This document shows, in pieces, positions 37,490 to 49,605 of a stretch of 64,000 nt of DNA; position 1 is the first letter of the stretch, and each line of letters begins with the position of its first letter. Origin of the DNA: Somniosus microcephalus (lineage: Eukaryota); the NCBI GenBank assembly GCA_052327205.1, contig CM126203.1:235538001-235602000 (forward strand). The letters run 5' to 3'. The notes beneath the pieces are model-generated. The model saw nothing but the letters and a program-made list of their open reading frames with translations, ran no database searches and had not been told where the DNA came from. The position numbers were made by a program, and so were the translations under genes.

Positions 37490-38550
37490 AAGAATTGCAT
37501 TTATTATAGTGCCTTTAACGAGGAAAAACAGCCATGGCACTTCACAGAAGCATAATCAAACACCAAGCCAAAGAAAGCAATATTAGGAGGGGCGACTAAA
37601 AGCTTGGTCAAAGAGCTGAATTTTAAGGAAGAAGAGGAAGGTAGAGAGATGGGGAGTTGTAGGGAGGAATTCCTACTTGGCACAAGGCACGGCTGCCAAT
37701 GGTGGGGCGACAGAAATTCAGAATGCACAAGTCAGAGTTGGAGCAACACAGAGTTCCCGGAGGGTTGTCGGGCTGGAGAAGGTTAGAGATGGCGGGGGGG
37801 GGTGAGACCATGAAACGATTTTAACACAAAGAAAATAATTTTAAATTTGAGACCTTTAAAGAGGGAGCCAATGTAGGTCATCGAGTACAGGGATGATGAG
37901 TGATTGGGACTTGGTGAGGGATGCGATACAAGCAGCAGAGTTTTGTATAAGTTGAATATTAAGGAGAGTGAAAGATGGAAGGTCTTTCAGGAGAGCATTG
38001 GAATAGTCAAGTCTAGAAGTGAAAAAGACAAGATTGAAAGTTTTAGCAGATGGGCAGAGCCCAGGGCGAGCAATGTTATTGCAGGGCTATGGGGAAAGAG
38101 CTAGGGAGTGGGACTAATTGTGTAACAGGTATAATGGGCCAAATGGCCTCCTACTGTATCATTCTATGATTCTATGATAGAGGATATGGGGCTGGAAACT
38201 CAGATGAGGGTCAAAGAAAAAGCAGAGGTTGCAAACAGTCTGATTCAACCTGAGACAGAGAAGGGCAGTGGTACGGGTATGTTGGGGCTGAGGACGATGT
38301 TACATAAGATATACGGCACAGAAACAGGCCATTCGGCCCAACCAGTCCATGTTTAACTGGAGCAAATTGCAGCTCATCCAGGATTGGATGTCGGACAAGC
38401 AGGCTGACAACACAGAGGTAGTGGAGAGGTTGAGACACGTGGTGAAGAAGTAGAGCTGAATGTTATCAGTGTACATATGAAACCTGACCGCAAGTCTTCG
38501 GATGGTATCACCAAGGATCAGCACGTAGGAGGAGGAGGAGAGGGTCAAGA
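37490..38550 (-). mobile_element. L2-type LINE fragments with short CR1 tails inserted
   Basis: Similar to 20755-21330. Peptide FHMYTDNIQLY...CLSDIQSWMSCNLLQLN. CR1 tails at about 38080-38175 and 38300-38350. Confidence 0.75.
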
Positions 38551-39169
38551 ACTAATTTTTAGCACAAAAATCTAGATTTACATAGTGTCTGTCTGTCTGT
38601 CTGCTATACACTCAAAAGTTAGAGCGTACCTACACATATGTTGTATCAAAAGAAAGGTTATGATCAGGGGAGTGTCATAGGCGTATATACTTTTTGGTCA
38701 GAAAAAAATTGTCCGGACAATATACAAAAAATGTTCAAAAATCCGCTCATTAGCGGTTGACCAATCCTACCGCTCATTAGCGTTGACTGACGTGATGGTT
38801 GATCAATCCTACAGTTCAGTGACCTGATGGTTGACCAATCGGTGCGTCACGGGGGGGCGTTTCATTCAGTGTGTGGGCGGGCCTAATCCGGCAGCCTCCC
38901 GAAACGTCGCCGCCATTTTTTTTATACCGACAGCGACAGCACCAGCACAACAAACCCCCACATTGCGGCTCCGGCACAGTATCCCGCTCCCGGCCCACCG
39001 GAGCGGGAGGCGAGTTGGGCTCACTCGGGCCGGGCCGGCCCTGACAACCACTCGGCCCGAGACACAGGGCGGGGGAGCGGCAGCGGCCGGCCGTCAACCG
39101 CGCGGCCCTGTAAACTGCCATTCCACAAAAAAGCCTAGGCAACGGGCCCCCCCAGCTAGTAGTATAATA

Positions 39170-39950
39170 TTTACAGCACAGAAACAGGCCATTCGGGCCA
39201 ACAGATCCATACCAGTGTTAATGCTCCACACGAGCCTCCTCCCAACCTACTTCATCTAACCCCATCAACATATCCTTCTAATCCTTTCTCCCTCATGTGT
39301 TTATCTTGCTTCCACTTAAATGCATCTATGCTAGTCGTCTCAAGTACTCCTTCTGGTAGCGAGATCCACATTCTAACTACTCTCTGGGTATAGAAGTTTA
39401 TCTCGAATTCCCTATTGGATTTATTAGTGACTATCTTATACTTATGGCCCCTAGCTTTGGACACCCCACAAGTGGAAACATCTCTATGTCTACCTTATCA
39501 AACCCTTTCATAATCTTAAAGACCTCTATCAGGTCACCACTCAGTCTTCTCTTTTCCAGAGAAAAGAGCTCCAGTCTGTTCAATCTTTCCTGTCTCTCCA
39601 TTCTGGTAACATTCTAGTAAATCATTTTGCAGCTTCTCCAGTACCTCTATATACTTTTTATACCAAGACCAGAACTTTTCACAGTACTCAAATGTGGTCG
39701 AACCAAGGTTCTATACAAGTTTAACATAACTTCTGCTTTTCAGTTCTCTCCCTCTAGAAATGAACCCCAGTGTTTGGTTTGCTTTTTTTTTTTTTAAATG
39801 GCCTTATTAACCTGTATCACTACTTTTAGTGATTTGTGTATCTGTACCCCCAGATCCCTCTGTTCCTCTACCCCTTTTAAATACTTATTTTCCAAGGAGT
39901 ATGTGACCTCCTTCTTATCAAAATGTACCACCTCACACTTATCTGGTTCT
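39170..39950 (-). mobile_element. CR1 3' fragment
   Basis: ORF 39252-39464 (RGHKYKI...TQRVVRMW) and the EEQRDLGVQIHKSLK segment. Confidence 0.85.
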
Positions 39951-40155
39951 AGTTCAAGTAGACACTGTATGGAAAGTTTACATTTACTATTATACTTTAC
40001 AAAGATCCAAGGAATAAAACTACCCACAATGGCTTGCTGGATTTTGTGCAGTAAAGATTTTCTGGAAAGAGCCCATCTGCTCCACCAGAAAATCTCCAGG
40101 AAGCATCGAGACACACAACTAGGTGAGAACACTTAGGCAAACAAAGCATACTTGT

Positions 40156-41170
40156 ACATAAGAACATAAGAAGTAGGAGCAGGAGTAGGCCATACGGCCC
40201 CTCGGGCCTGCTCCGTCATTCAATAGGATCATGGCTGATCCGAATCTAGACTCACGTCCACTTCCCTGCCCTCTCCCCTTATCTGCTAGGAAACTGTCTA
40301 TCTCCATTTTAAATTTATTTAATGTTGCAGCTTCCACAGCTCTCTGGGGTAGCAAATTCCATAGATTTACTACCCTCCGAGTGAAGAAGTTTCTCCTCAT
40401 CTCAGTTTTGAAAGGGCAGCCCTTATTCTAAGATTATGCCTCTAGTTCTAGTCTCACCCATCAGTGGAAACATCCTCACCGCATCCACCCGATCAAACCC
40501 CCTCACAATCTTATATGTTTCGATAAGATCGCCTCTCATTCTTCTGAACTCCAATGAGTAGAGGCCCAACCTACTCAACCTTTCCTCATACGTCAACCCC
40601 CTCATCTCTGGAATCAACCGAGTGAACCTTCTCTGAACCGCCTCGAGAGCAAGTATATCTTTTCTTAAATATGGAAACCAAAACTGCACGCAGTATTCCA
40701 GGTGTGGCCTCACCAATACCCTGTATAACTGCAGCAAGACTTCCTTGTTTTTATACTCCATCCCCCTTGCAATAAAAGCCAAGATTCCATTGGCCTTCCT
40801 GGTCACCTGCTGCACCTGCATACTAACTTTTTGTGTTTCATGCACCAGGACCCCCAGATCCCTTTGTACTGTAGCACTTTGCAATTTCTCTCCATTTAGA
40901 AAGTAACTTGCTCTTTGATTTTTTCCTGCCAAAGTGCATAACCTCACACTTTCCAACATTATATTCCATTTGCCAAATCTCTGCCCACTCACTTAACCTA
41001 TGTCCTTTTGCAGGTTTTTTATGTCCTCCTCACTCACTGCTTTCCCTCCCATCTTTGTATCGCCGGCAAACTTTATGTTGCACTCGGTCCCTTCCTCCAA
41101 ATCGTTAATATGGAATCTCTTCAGTCTGAAAAATTCCCATTTATTGCTGCCCTCTGTTTTTAAGCCAATT
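40156..41170 (-). mobile_element. CR1 3' fragment
   Basis: ORFs 40423-40992 and 40119-40400. Tail CATAAGAACATAAG. Confidence 0.9.
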
Positions 41171-41378
41171 TATTATCCAGCTACTTCCTATTCTGTAAAC
41201 TCATCTATTAATCATAGAAGTGGAACCTTGCCAAAATCTAAGTGAATGCTATCAAGTTCAGTTAGCCTGCCATCTCATAAGTAATGTCTTTTAAAAACTC
41301 TTGGCAAATTGGTTATATATCAGTTCCCTTTGCTGGATTCATGCTGACTGTTCTTCACAAACTATGCTTTTACAACTA

Positions 41379-41847
41379 TGTAAGAAATCATGAATTGGAA
41401 GAAATAACGAGATAAAAAAGTCTCTTCAGACTGGTGTTAGAATAACTGGATAGATGCTTAGAATTTGCTTATGTTCTTGGTTCCCTGCAGATATTGAAAC
41501 ATTCTGCACCGTGGCGGTGACCTTGTTTCCAGATAGCTATCTGCTGTTTGTGTGCTAGAAACTGTATCTTTGATAATCTACCCTAGGCCCACCCCTAAAG
41601 AAAGAGTAAAAGAGATATCTAAAGAGCTTTTAGCACAAATGGTGAAAGGAAGGGAAGAGCTGTTCGTGCACGCCAGCCGTCTGTCCAATCGGGACCGACA
41701 CCAGCTGCTTGTCATGGTCGTATGTCTACTATGTCGATCTTGATTGCGTGTTGTACTTAACTTAAACTGCCGCTCTTTAATAAAAAGCCTTACAACTCCC
41801 AAGACCCTTTGGTTAATCTGTGTGTGACTTGTGATCCAAATCTTACA
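41379..41847 (+). mobile_element. Solo LTR (469 bp)
   Basis: Perfect 7-bp terminal inverted repeat TGTAAGA/TCTTACA. 4-bp TSD ACTA. AATAAA at about 41779. Confidence 0.85.
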
Positions 41848-41949
41848 ACTAAATCATTCTTAACCCCTTTTGAATAACGGGTCTCCTTTGATGTGTTCAG
41901 TGTATCTCTGCCTACTGTTGCTGTAAATTTTAGTTAATGGGCTGGATTT

Positions 41950-43070
41950 AAGGCACATGGGATTGGGGGCAAGGTATTGTCTTGGATAGAGAACTGGTTG
42001 GCAGATAGAAAGCAAAGAGTTGGAATAAACGGGTCTTTTTCCAGAGTGGCAGGCAGTGACTAGTGGGGTACCGCAGGGATCGGTCCTTGGACCCCAGCTA
42101 TTCACAATATATATTAATGATCTAGACAAGGGAACTAGATGTAATATCTCCAAATTTGCAGACGACACAAAGCTGGGCGGGCGTGTGTGCTGTGAGGAGG
42201 ATGCCGAGAAACTCCAGTATGATTTGGACAGGTTTGCCGATTGGGCAGAAGCATGGCAGATGCAATATAACATGGATAAATGTGAGGTTATCCACTTTGG
42301 TGTCAAAAACAGGAATGCAGATTATCTAAATGGCAATAGATTGGGAGAAGGGGAAGTGCAACGAGACCTGGGTGTCCTCGTGCACCAGTCGCTGAAAGTA
42401 AGCATGCAGGTGCAGCAGGCGGTTAAGAAGGCAAATGGTATGTTGGCCTTCGTAGCGAGAGGGTTTGAGTACAGGAACAAGGATGTCTTGCTGCAGTTGT
42501 ACAGGGCCTTGGTGAGACCACACCTTGAGTATTGTGTGCAGTTTTGGTCGCCTTATCTGAGGAAGGATGTTCTTGCCATGGAAGGAGTTCAGCGAAGATT
42601 CACCAGGCTGATACCTGGGATGGCAGGAATGACGTATGAGGAGAGATTAGGCTTGTACTCGCTGGAGTTTAGAAGAATGAGAGGGGATCTCATTGAAACT
42701 TATAAAATTCTAACAGAAGACAGACTAGATGCTGGAAGGATGTTCCCGATGGTCGGGGAGTCCAGAACCAGGGGTCACAGTCTAAGGATAAGGGGTAAGC
42801 CATTTAGGACAGAGATGAGGAGGAATTTCTTCACCCAGAGAGTGGTGAACATGTGGAATTCTCTGCCAAAGAAGGCAGTAGAGGCCAATTCATTAAATAT
42901 ATTCAAGAAGGAGTTGGATATATTTCTTAAGGCTAAAGGGATCAAGGGATATGGAGAGAAGGCAGGAAGAGGGTACTGAATTTGGACGATCAGCCATGAC
43001 CTCATTGAATGGCGGAGCAGGCTCGAGGGGCTGAATGGCCTACTCCTGCTCCTATCTTCTATGTTTCTAC
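41950..43070 (+). mobile_element. CR1 family B 3' copy inserted at the Harbinger left TIR
   Basis: ORF 42056-42979 (307 aa, FADD). TSD GATTT (41945-41949, 43071-43075). Confidence 0.92.
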
Positions 43071-43086
43071 GATTTTGCGGAGGGTT

Positions 43087-43108
43087 GGGGGGGGGGGGGG
43101 GGGGGGGG
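43087..43108 (+). repeat. Poly-G run (22 nt)
   Basis: Directly visible. Confidence 0.9.
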
Positions 43109-44289
43109 AAAGACAGTGGGCGCAATCGGTGATGGATCAGGTGGGAAAGTGTTTTTTTCCCCCAAGTGGGTCGGGACCCCGCTGTGAACCCGCCGCCACA
43201 CGCCTTTACCAAATGTCGGGTCCGTCAGCGCTGAGCAGACCCGACACGCAGTGGCGGGGGAGGCGATTAAAATCATTACTGGCTTGTTTACAGCCAATTA
43301 TCAATGGTTATTTCCCAGCTTTTTAGATTTGACAGGTCGTCCATCGGTTTCCTGCTGTGTCTGGACCTCGTCTGTGAAGCAGAGGCGGGAGGTCAGTGGC
43401 CATTGAATCAGCTGATGAGTTGACAGCTTCAAATGTCAAGTCAAAGCTCCCAGCTGATTGAGAAATGTTCCCTTAACCAGTAGCTTCAGTAAACTGCATT
43501 TCCACTACAGATTCAGGATGCTGCAAGTCTCCATCCAGTCTGACATCATTACCTCTCCCACCATGGACAGATCACTTCTGTCGTCTCTATTTCACCTGCC
43601 ATCTATTCCAACAGCGTGGGTTCCCCTGAAACACTCTCACCTTGGTCATCAGAATCCCACCACGATCAGCCCCAACAACACCAACCTTCTCCACGATCAA
43701 CTGATGCCGAGTTCTGTGCAGCATCAGCACCCGAGTACACTGCTGCCCGGGAGGCCAAGGATGGCCTCACCATGGCTTGATTTACTTCACTTGACACTGT
43801 ACACTCTGGCTGCCATATGCCAGGTTGACACCACCCCACACCAACACCATAAAGCATCCCTACAATGCCCAAGCCATTTCTTTCACTCATCACCATTGCA
43901 GGGGGTACCGTTATGTCTCACCATTCACTGCAACTCACTATGCCACTTCCAAAGGTGCACACAAATCTGTCCAAGAACGAAAAGTGTTGAAAAAAAGATT
44001 TCAATGTTTGACACATTAACAGAAACTGTACATGAACATTGCATAAAAGACCCAAGTATCTACCCTTGTGTGTTGTTAGTTGGTATGATTGCACTAGGAT
44101 GAGGGTGAGTGCGAGGGGTGGCTAGTGAGATGGGGATGTGATAATGTAGATAGAGAGTGATGGGTGGAGGTGCAAGGTAAGTTGGTGTGAGTAAGGATAT
44201 GCAGGAGTAGATACATAGAAGATAGGAGCAGGAGTAGGCCATTCAAGCCTGCTCCACCATTCAATGACATCATGGCTGATCATCCAAAT

Positions 44290-47153
44290 TCAGTACCCGG
44301 TCCCTGCCTTCTCCCCATATCCCTTGATCCCTTTAGCCTTAAGAAATATATCCAACTCTTTCTTGAATATACTTAATGAACTGGCCTCCACCGCCCTCTG
44401 TGGCAGAGAATTCCACAGGTTCACCACTCTCTGGGTGAAGAAATTCCTCCTCATTTCAGTCCTAAATGGCTTACCCCTTATCCTTAGACTATGACCCCTG
44501 GTTCTGGACTCCCCAGCCATCAGAAACATCCTTCCTGTATCTAGTCTGTCCAGGCCTGACAGAATTTTATAGGTTTCGAGGAGATCCCCTCTCAATCTTC
44601 TAAACTCCAGTGAGTATAAGCCCAATCGACACAATCTCTCCTCATACGTCATTCCTGCCATCCCAGGTATCAGCCTGGTGAATCTTCGCTGCACTCCTTC
44701 CATGGCAAGAACGTCCTTCCTCAGGTAAGGCGACCAAAACTGCCCACAATACTCAAGGTGTGGTCTCACCAAGGCCCTGTACAACTGCAGTAAGACATCC
44801 TTGTTCTTGTACTCGAACCCTCTTGCTACGAAGGCCAACATACCATTTGCCTTCTTAACCGCCTGCTGCACCTGCATGCTTACCTTCAGCGACTGGTGTA
44901 CAAGAACACCCAGGTCTCTTTGCACTTCCCCTTTTCCCAATCTATTGCCATTCAAATAATAATCTGCCTTCCTGTTTTTGCCACCAAAGTGGATAACCTC
45001 ACATTTATCCACATTAAAGTGCATTTGCCATGTTTCTGCCCAATCACCCAACCTGTCCAAATCGTGCTGGAGTTTCATGACATCCTCCTCACAGCATACC
45101 CTCCCCCCCCAGCTTTGTGTCGTCTGCAAATTTGTAGATATTACATCCAATTCCCTCGTCCAGATCATTAATATATATTGTGAACAGCTGGGGTCCTAGG
45201 ACCGATCCTTGCGGAACCCACTAGTCACTGCCTGCCACTCGGAAAACGACCCGTTTATTCCAACTCTTTGCTTTCTGTCCGCCAACCAGTTCTCTATCCA
45301 AGTCAATACCTTGCCCCCAATCCCATGTGCCTTAATTTTGCACGCCAACCTCTTATGCGGGACCTTATCGAAAGCCTTCTGAAAGTCCAAATACACCACA
45401 TCCACTGGTTCTCCCTTATCTATTATACCCGTTACATCCTCAAAAAATTCCAGTAGATTAGTCAAGCATGATTTACCTTTTGTAAATCCATGTTCACTTT
45501 GTCCGATCCAGTCACTGCTTTCCAAGTGCTCTGCTATTACATCTTTTATAATGGACTCTAGCATTTTCCCCACTACCCATGTCAAGCTTACCGGTCTATA
45601 ATTCCCCGCCTTTTCTCTACCACCTTTTTTTTTGAATAGTGGGGTAACATTAGCCACCCGCCAATCCATGGGTACCGTTCCAGAGTCTATCGAGTTCTGG
45701 AAGATGACCAGCAATGCATCTACTATTTCTAGGTCCACTTCCTTAAGTACCCTGGGATGTAGATTATCAGGCCCTGGGGATTTATCGGCCTTCAGTCCCA
45801 TCAATTTTCCTAACACCATTTCCCTACAAATACTGATTTCTTTCAGTTCCACCCTTTCATCAGACCCTATGTTCCCCGGCATCTCTGGGAGGTTATTTGT
45901 GTCCTCCTTTGTGAAGACAGAACCAAATATGTATTTAGTTGGTCTGCCATTTCTTTGTTCCCCATTATAAATTCCCCCGATTCTGACTGCAAGGGACCTA
46001 CGCTTGACTTCACCAATCTTTTTCTCTTCACATATCTATAAAAGCTTTTACAGTCAGTTTTTATGTTCTCTGCAAGCTTACTCTCATATTCTATTTTCCC
46101 TTTCTTAATTAATCCCTTTGTCCTCCTTTGTTAAATCCTAAACTGCTCCCAATCCTCAGGATTATTGCTTTTTCTGGCCAATTTATATGCCCTCTCCTTG
46201 GACCTTATGCTATCCCTAATTTCCCTTGTTAGCCACGGTTGGGTCACCTTTTTTGTTTTATTTTTATGCCAAACTGGGATGAACAAATTCTGTAGTTCAT
46301 CCATTCGGTCTTTGAATGTTTGCCATTGCCTATCCACCGTCAACCCTTTGAGTGCCATTCCCCAATCAATCCTACCCAACTCGCTCCTCAGACCATCATA
46401 GTTTCCTTTATTTAAATTGAGGACCCTAGTCTCCGAGTCAACTACTTCATTTTCCATCTTAAATGAAGAATTCGATAATATTATGATCGCTCCGACCCAA
46501 GGGGCCTCTTACAACAAGATTGCTAATTAATCCTTTCTCGTTACATAATACCCAGTCTAAGATGGCCTGATCTCTGGTTGGTTCCTCGACATATTGGTCC
46601 TGGATACCATCCCGTAAACACTCCAGGAATTCCTCTTCCACAGTATTGTTACTCATTTGCTTGGCCCAATCTGTATGTAGATTAAAGTCACCCACGATGA
46701 CTGCTGTGCGCTTATTGCACGCTTCTTTAATTTCTCTTTTAATGCCATCCCCAACCTCCGCCTTACTGTTTGGAGGTCTATAAACCACTCCCACTAACTT
46801 TTTTTCCCCTTAGTATTTCTCAATTCTACCCATACAGATTCCACCTCATCAGAGCTAATATCCTTCATTACAATTGTGTTAATCCCTTCTTTAACCAGTA
46901 ATGCTACCCCACCTCCCTTTCCTTTTTGCCTATCTTTCCTGAATATCGAATACCCCTGGATGTTGAGTTCCCAGTCCTGGCCTTCCTTGAGCCACGTTTC
47001 CGTAATCCCAACCAAATCGTATTTGTTTACTTCTATTTGCGCAGCCAATTCATCCACCTTATTACAAATGCTCCTCGCATTAAGACACAAAGCCTTCAGG
47101 CTTGTTTTTTTAACACTCTTAGACCTATTAGAATTATTATTTACTGTGGCCAT
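44290..47153 (-). pseudogene. CR1 ORF2 (APE endonuclease and RT), frameshifted
   Basis: ORFs 46794-47153, 46459-46794, 46131-46457, 45196-45882 and 44290-45168. Confidence 0.9.
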
Positions 47154-47279
47154 GTTTGATTTAAACCGTTGATTTCTCTGACTGCCACTTTTGTTTTTCT
47201 CCTTCCTATCTTTTGCTTTTATCCTCGTTTCCCTTTCCTCTGTCTCCCTGCTCAGGTTCCCAACCCCCTGCCATTTTAG

Positions 47280-48224
47280 TTTAAACCCTCCCCCACCGCA
47301 CTAGCAAACACCCCCCCTAGGACATTGGTTCCAGCCCTGCCCAGGTGCAAACCGTCCAGTTTGAACTGGTCCCACCTCCCCCAGAACCGGTTCCAATGTC
47401 CCAGGAACTTGAATCCCTCCCCCGGCACCATTCCTCTAGCCACGTATTCATCTGAAGTATCCTTCCATTTCTACTCTGACTAGCACGTGGCACTGGTAGC
47501 AATCCTGAGATTACTACCTTTGAGGTCCTGTTTTTTTAATTTATCTCCTAACTCCCTATACTCCGCTTTTAGGACCTCATCCTGTTTTACCTATATCGTT
47601 GGTGCCTATATGCACCACGACAACTGGCTGTTCACCCTCCCCTTCCAAGATGTTCTGGAGTCGCTCGGAGACAGCCTTGACCCTTGCACCAGGGAGGCAA
47701 CACACCATCCTGGAGTCTCGTTTGCGGCCGCAGAAACGCCTATCTATTCCCCTTACAATTGAATCCCCTATTACTATAGCTCTACCCCTCTTTTTCCTCC
47801 CATTCTGTGCAGCAGAGCCACCCCTGGTGCCAGGAAGTTGGCTGCTGCTGCCTTCCTCTGATAAGCCATCCCCCCCAACAGTACTCAAAGTGGTGTATCT
47901 GTTGGAGAGGGGGATAGCCACAGGGGACCCCTGCACTACCTGCCTGCACCTAGTACTCTGCCTGTTGGTCACCCGTTCCCTTTCTTCCTGTCCAACCTCT
48001 ACCTGCGGTGTGTCCAACTCTGTAAATGTGCTATTCACGTTGTCCCAAGCATCGTGAACGCTCCAGTATGTGTCCAATCGCAGCTCCAGCGCCGCAATGC
48101 AGTCTGTCAGTAGCTGCAGCTGGACACACTCCCTGCACATGTAGTTGTCAGGGACACAGGAAGTGTCCCGGAGTTCCCACATATCGCAGGAGGAGCAGAT
48201 CACGGGGCCCGGCTGTCCTGCCAT
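47280..48224 (-). pseudogene. CR1 ORF1 (C4 zinc finger, leucine zipper, SGNH esterase)
   Basis: CSSC...CREC, IAALELRL, IVIGDSIVRG, HIGTND. Frameshift near 47580. Confidence 0.88.
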
Positions 48225-48359
48225 GACTTACCCTTTAATTAATTGAATTTAAACTAAATCAATCAATCCCACTAATTACACTACAGTTAACTGGTTTACC
48301 AACAGTCCCTGCTACACCAGAGAGACCTTAGAAACTATAAACCAGAGTTAAAGTTTAAA

Positions 48360-48556
48360 AAAGAGAAATACTCACCAACCAAATACTCACCTGCTTCCTG
48401 GTGACGTCACACTTTGATTACTTTTTACCTCTCTCCCCTGCTGTTGAACTGGTATGCTGCTCCTGACTCACTGCCGCCGGTTTCAAACTGCCGCCGATGC
48501 TGTGTTCCCACACAGGCCCGCTCTAGTCGGGCTGCTCCTGACTCACTGCCGCCACT
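48360..48556 (-). promoter_or_regulatory. Putative CR1 internal promoter / 5' UTR
   Basis: CRE palindrome GTGACGTCAC at 48401-48410. AP-1 TGACTCA at 48464 and 48539 within a duplicated 23-bp unit. Confidence 0.5.
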
Positions 48557-49605
48557 GTAGGGTAGGAAAGGCAGAGTGATGGGGATGTGATGAGGGGCAC
48601 AGCAGGATGAGATGGAGTGTGGTTTTGTACTAACATTTCATGATCTACTGAGATCATTCAAATGTTTGCGCCACTGCACCCAGGTCCTCCTGACCACATT
48701 CCTTCTTGTGCCCTCCTCTGCAATCTGCAACCAGGCTGTGTTGATCTCCTGGGGAGGAGTCTTCCGCCCATTGAAAGGGAAGTGAACCTCCCTGCATGCT
48801 GTGACTCCCTCCATAAGCATATGGAGAGTCATGGGAGAGCCTGGGTGCAGCCCTGCACCTCTGTGCAGTGCGCGTCAGTGTTTGTAGAACACTGACAGCA
48901 CAAATGTCAAAATAAAGTTAGCCATGGTACCTTTAAGTAAACCAGCTGATGACGAGTCATTAAATGTCACCAGACCCACTTCCTCTAATTGTCCGGGAAA
49001 CGTGCTGGGCGGACTTAACAAGCCCAATCACGGTAAATTCATTTCAGAGGCCGGGACGGAGGCAGCAGTGGAGTCGGGACCCTCCACTGACGTCGCCCGC
49101 CACGGACCCACCGAGGTTCGTTAAATCCAGCCCAATGTCTCAGTCCTAAATATTAATACAAGTTGAAAACAATGGTGATGGAGAAAATAATAAAACTGAA
49201 GAATGACAAATTTCCAGGAGCTGATGGTTTCCACCCCAAGGTATTAAAAGGTGAGGAAATTGCAGATGCTTTAGTCATGGGGGGTTAAATTGATTAGCTC
49301 CCGAAAACGGGCGAGGGGATTGCGATGCGCAATTAACCCGCGCCCGTTGAGTGGAATGCAGGCAGCACGGCAACTTCGTGCTGCCTGCTCATTATAATGA
49401 TTTCTTCATACAGCCAGTGCTCCCCGTGCTGTTCTTTGGCTGTACGCATCAGCAGGGGCCTAATATCGTTACTAACTTGCAATACTTAAAGCTAGCCTGC
49501 ACTACTTAAAGCTAGCATGCACCTCTTAAAGTGGAGGTACATTGTGGCTGGAACAGGTGCTGGGAGTCGTTCTACAAGTGAATCTGACCTGGGAAAGAGT
49601 GAAGA

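Larger units (their letters stand above)
44211..48556 (-). mobile_element. Full-length CR1 family B element (about 4.35 kb), ORFs frameshifted
   Basis: TSD GTAG (44207-44210, 48557-48560). 5' UTR, ORF1, ORF2 (47153 to 44290 in pieces) and tail. Confidence 0.93.
41939..49133 (-). mobile_element. Harbinger-type element with Myb/SANT exon (48638-48850), interrupted by two CR1s
   Basis: 11-bp TIR GGGCTGGATTT/AAATCCAGCCC. 3-bp TSD AAT. Peptide AWLQIAEE...RTWVQWRKHLNDL. Confidence 0.88.

Noticed and set aside
43087-43108. Poly-G as a functional G-quadruplex
   Set aside because: A simple homopolymer expansion in a transposon subterminal region. Length may be unreliable and there is no functional evidence.
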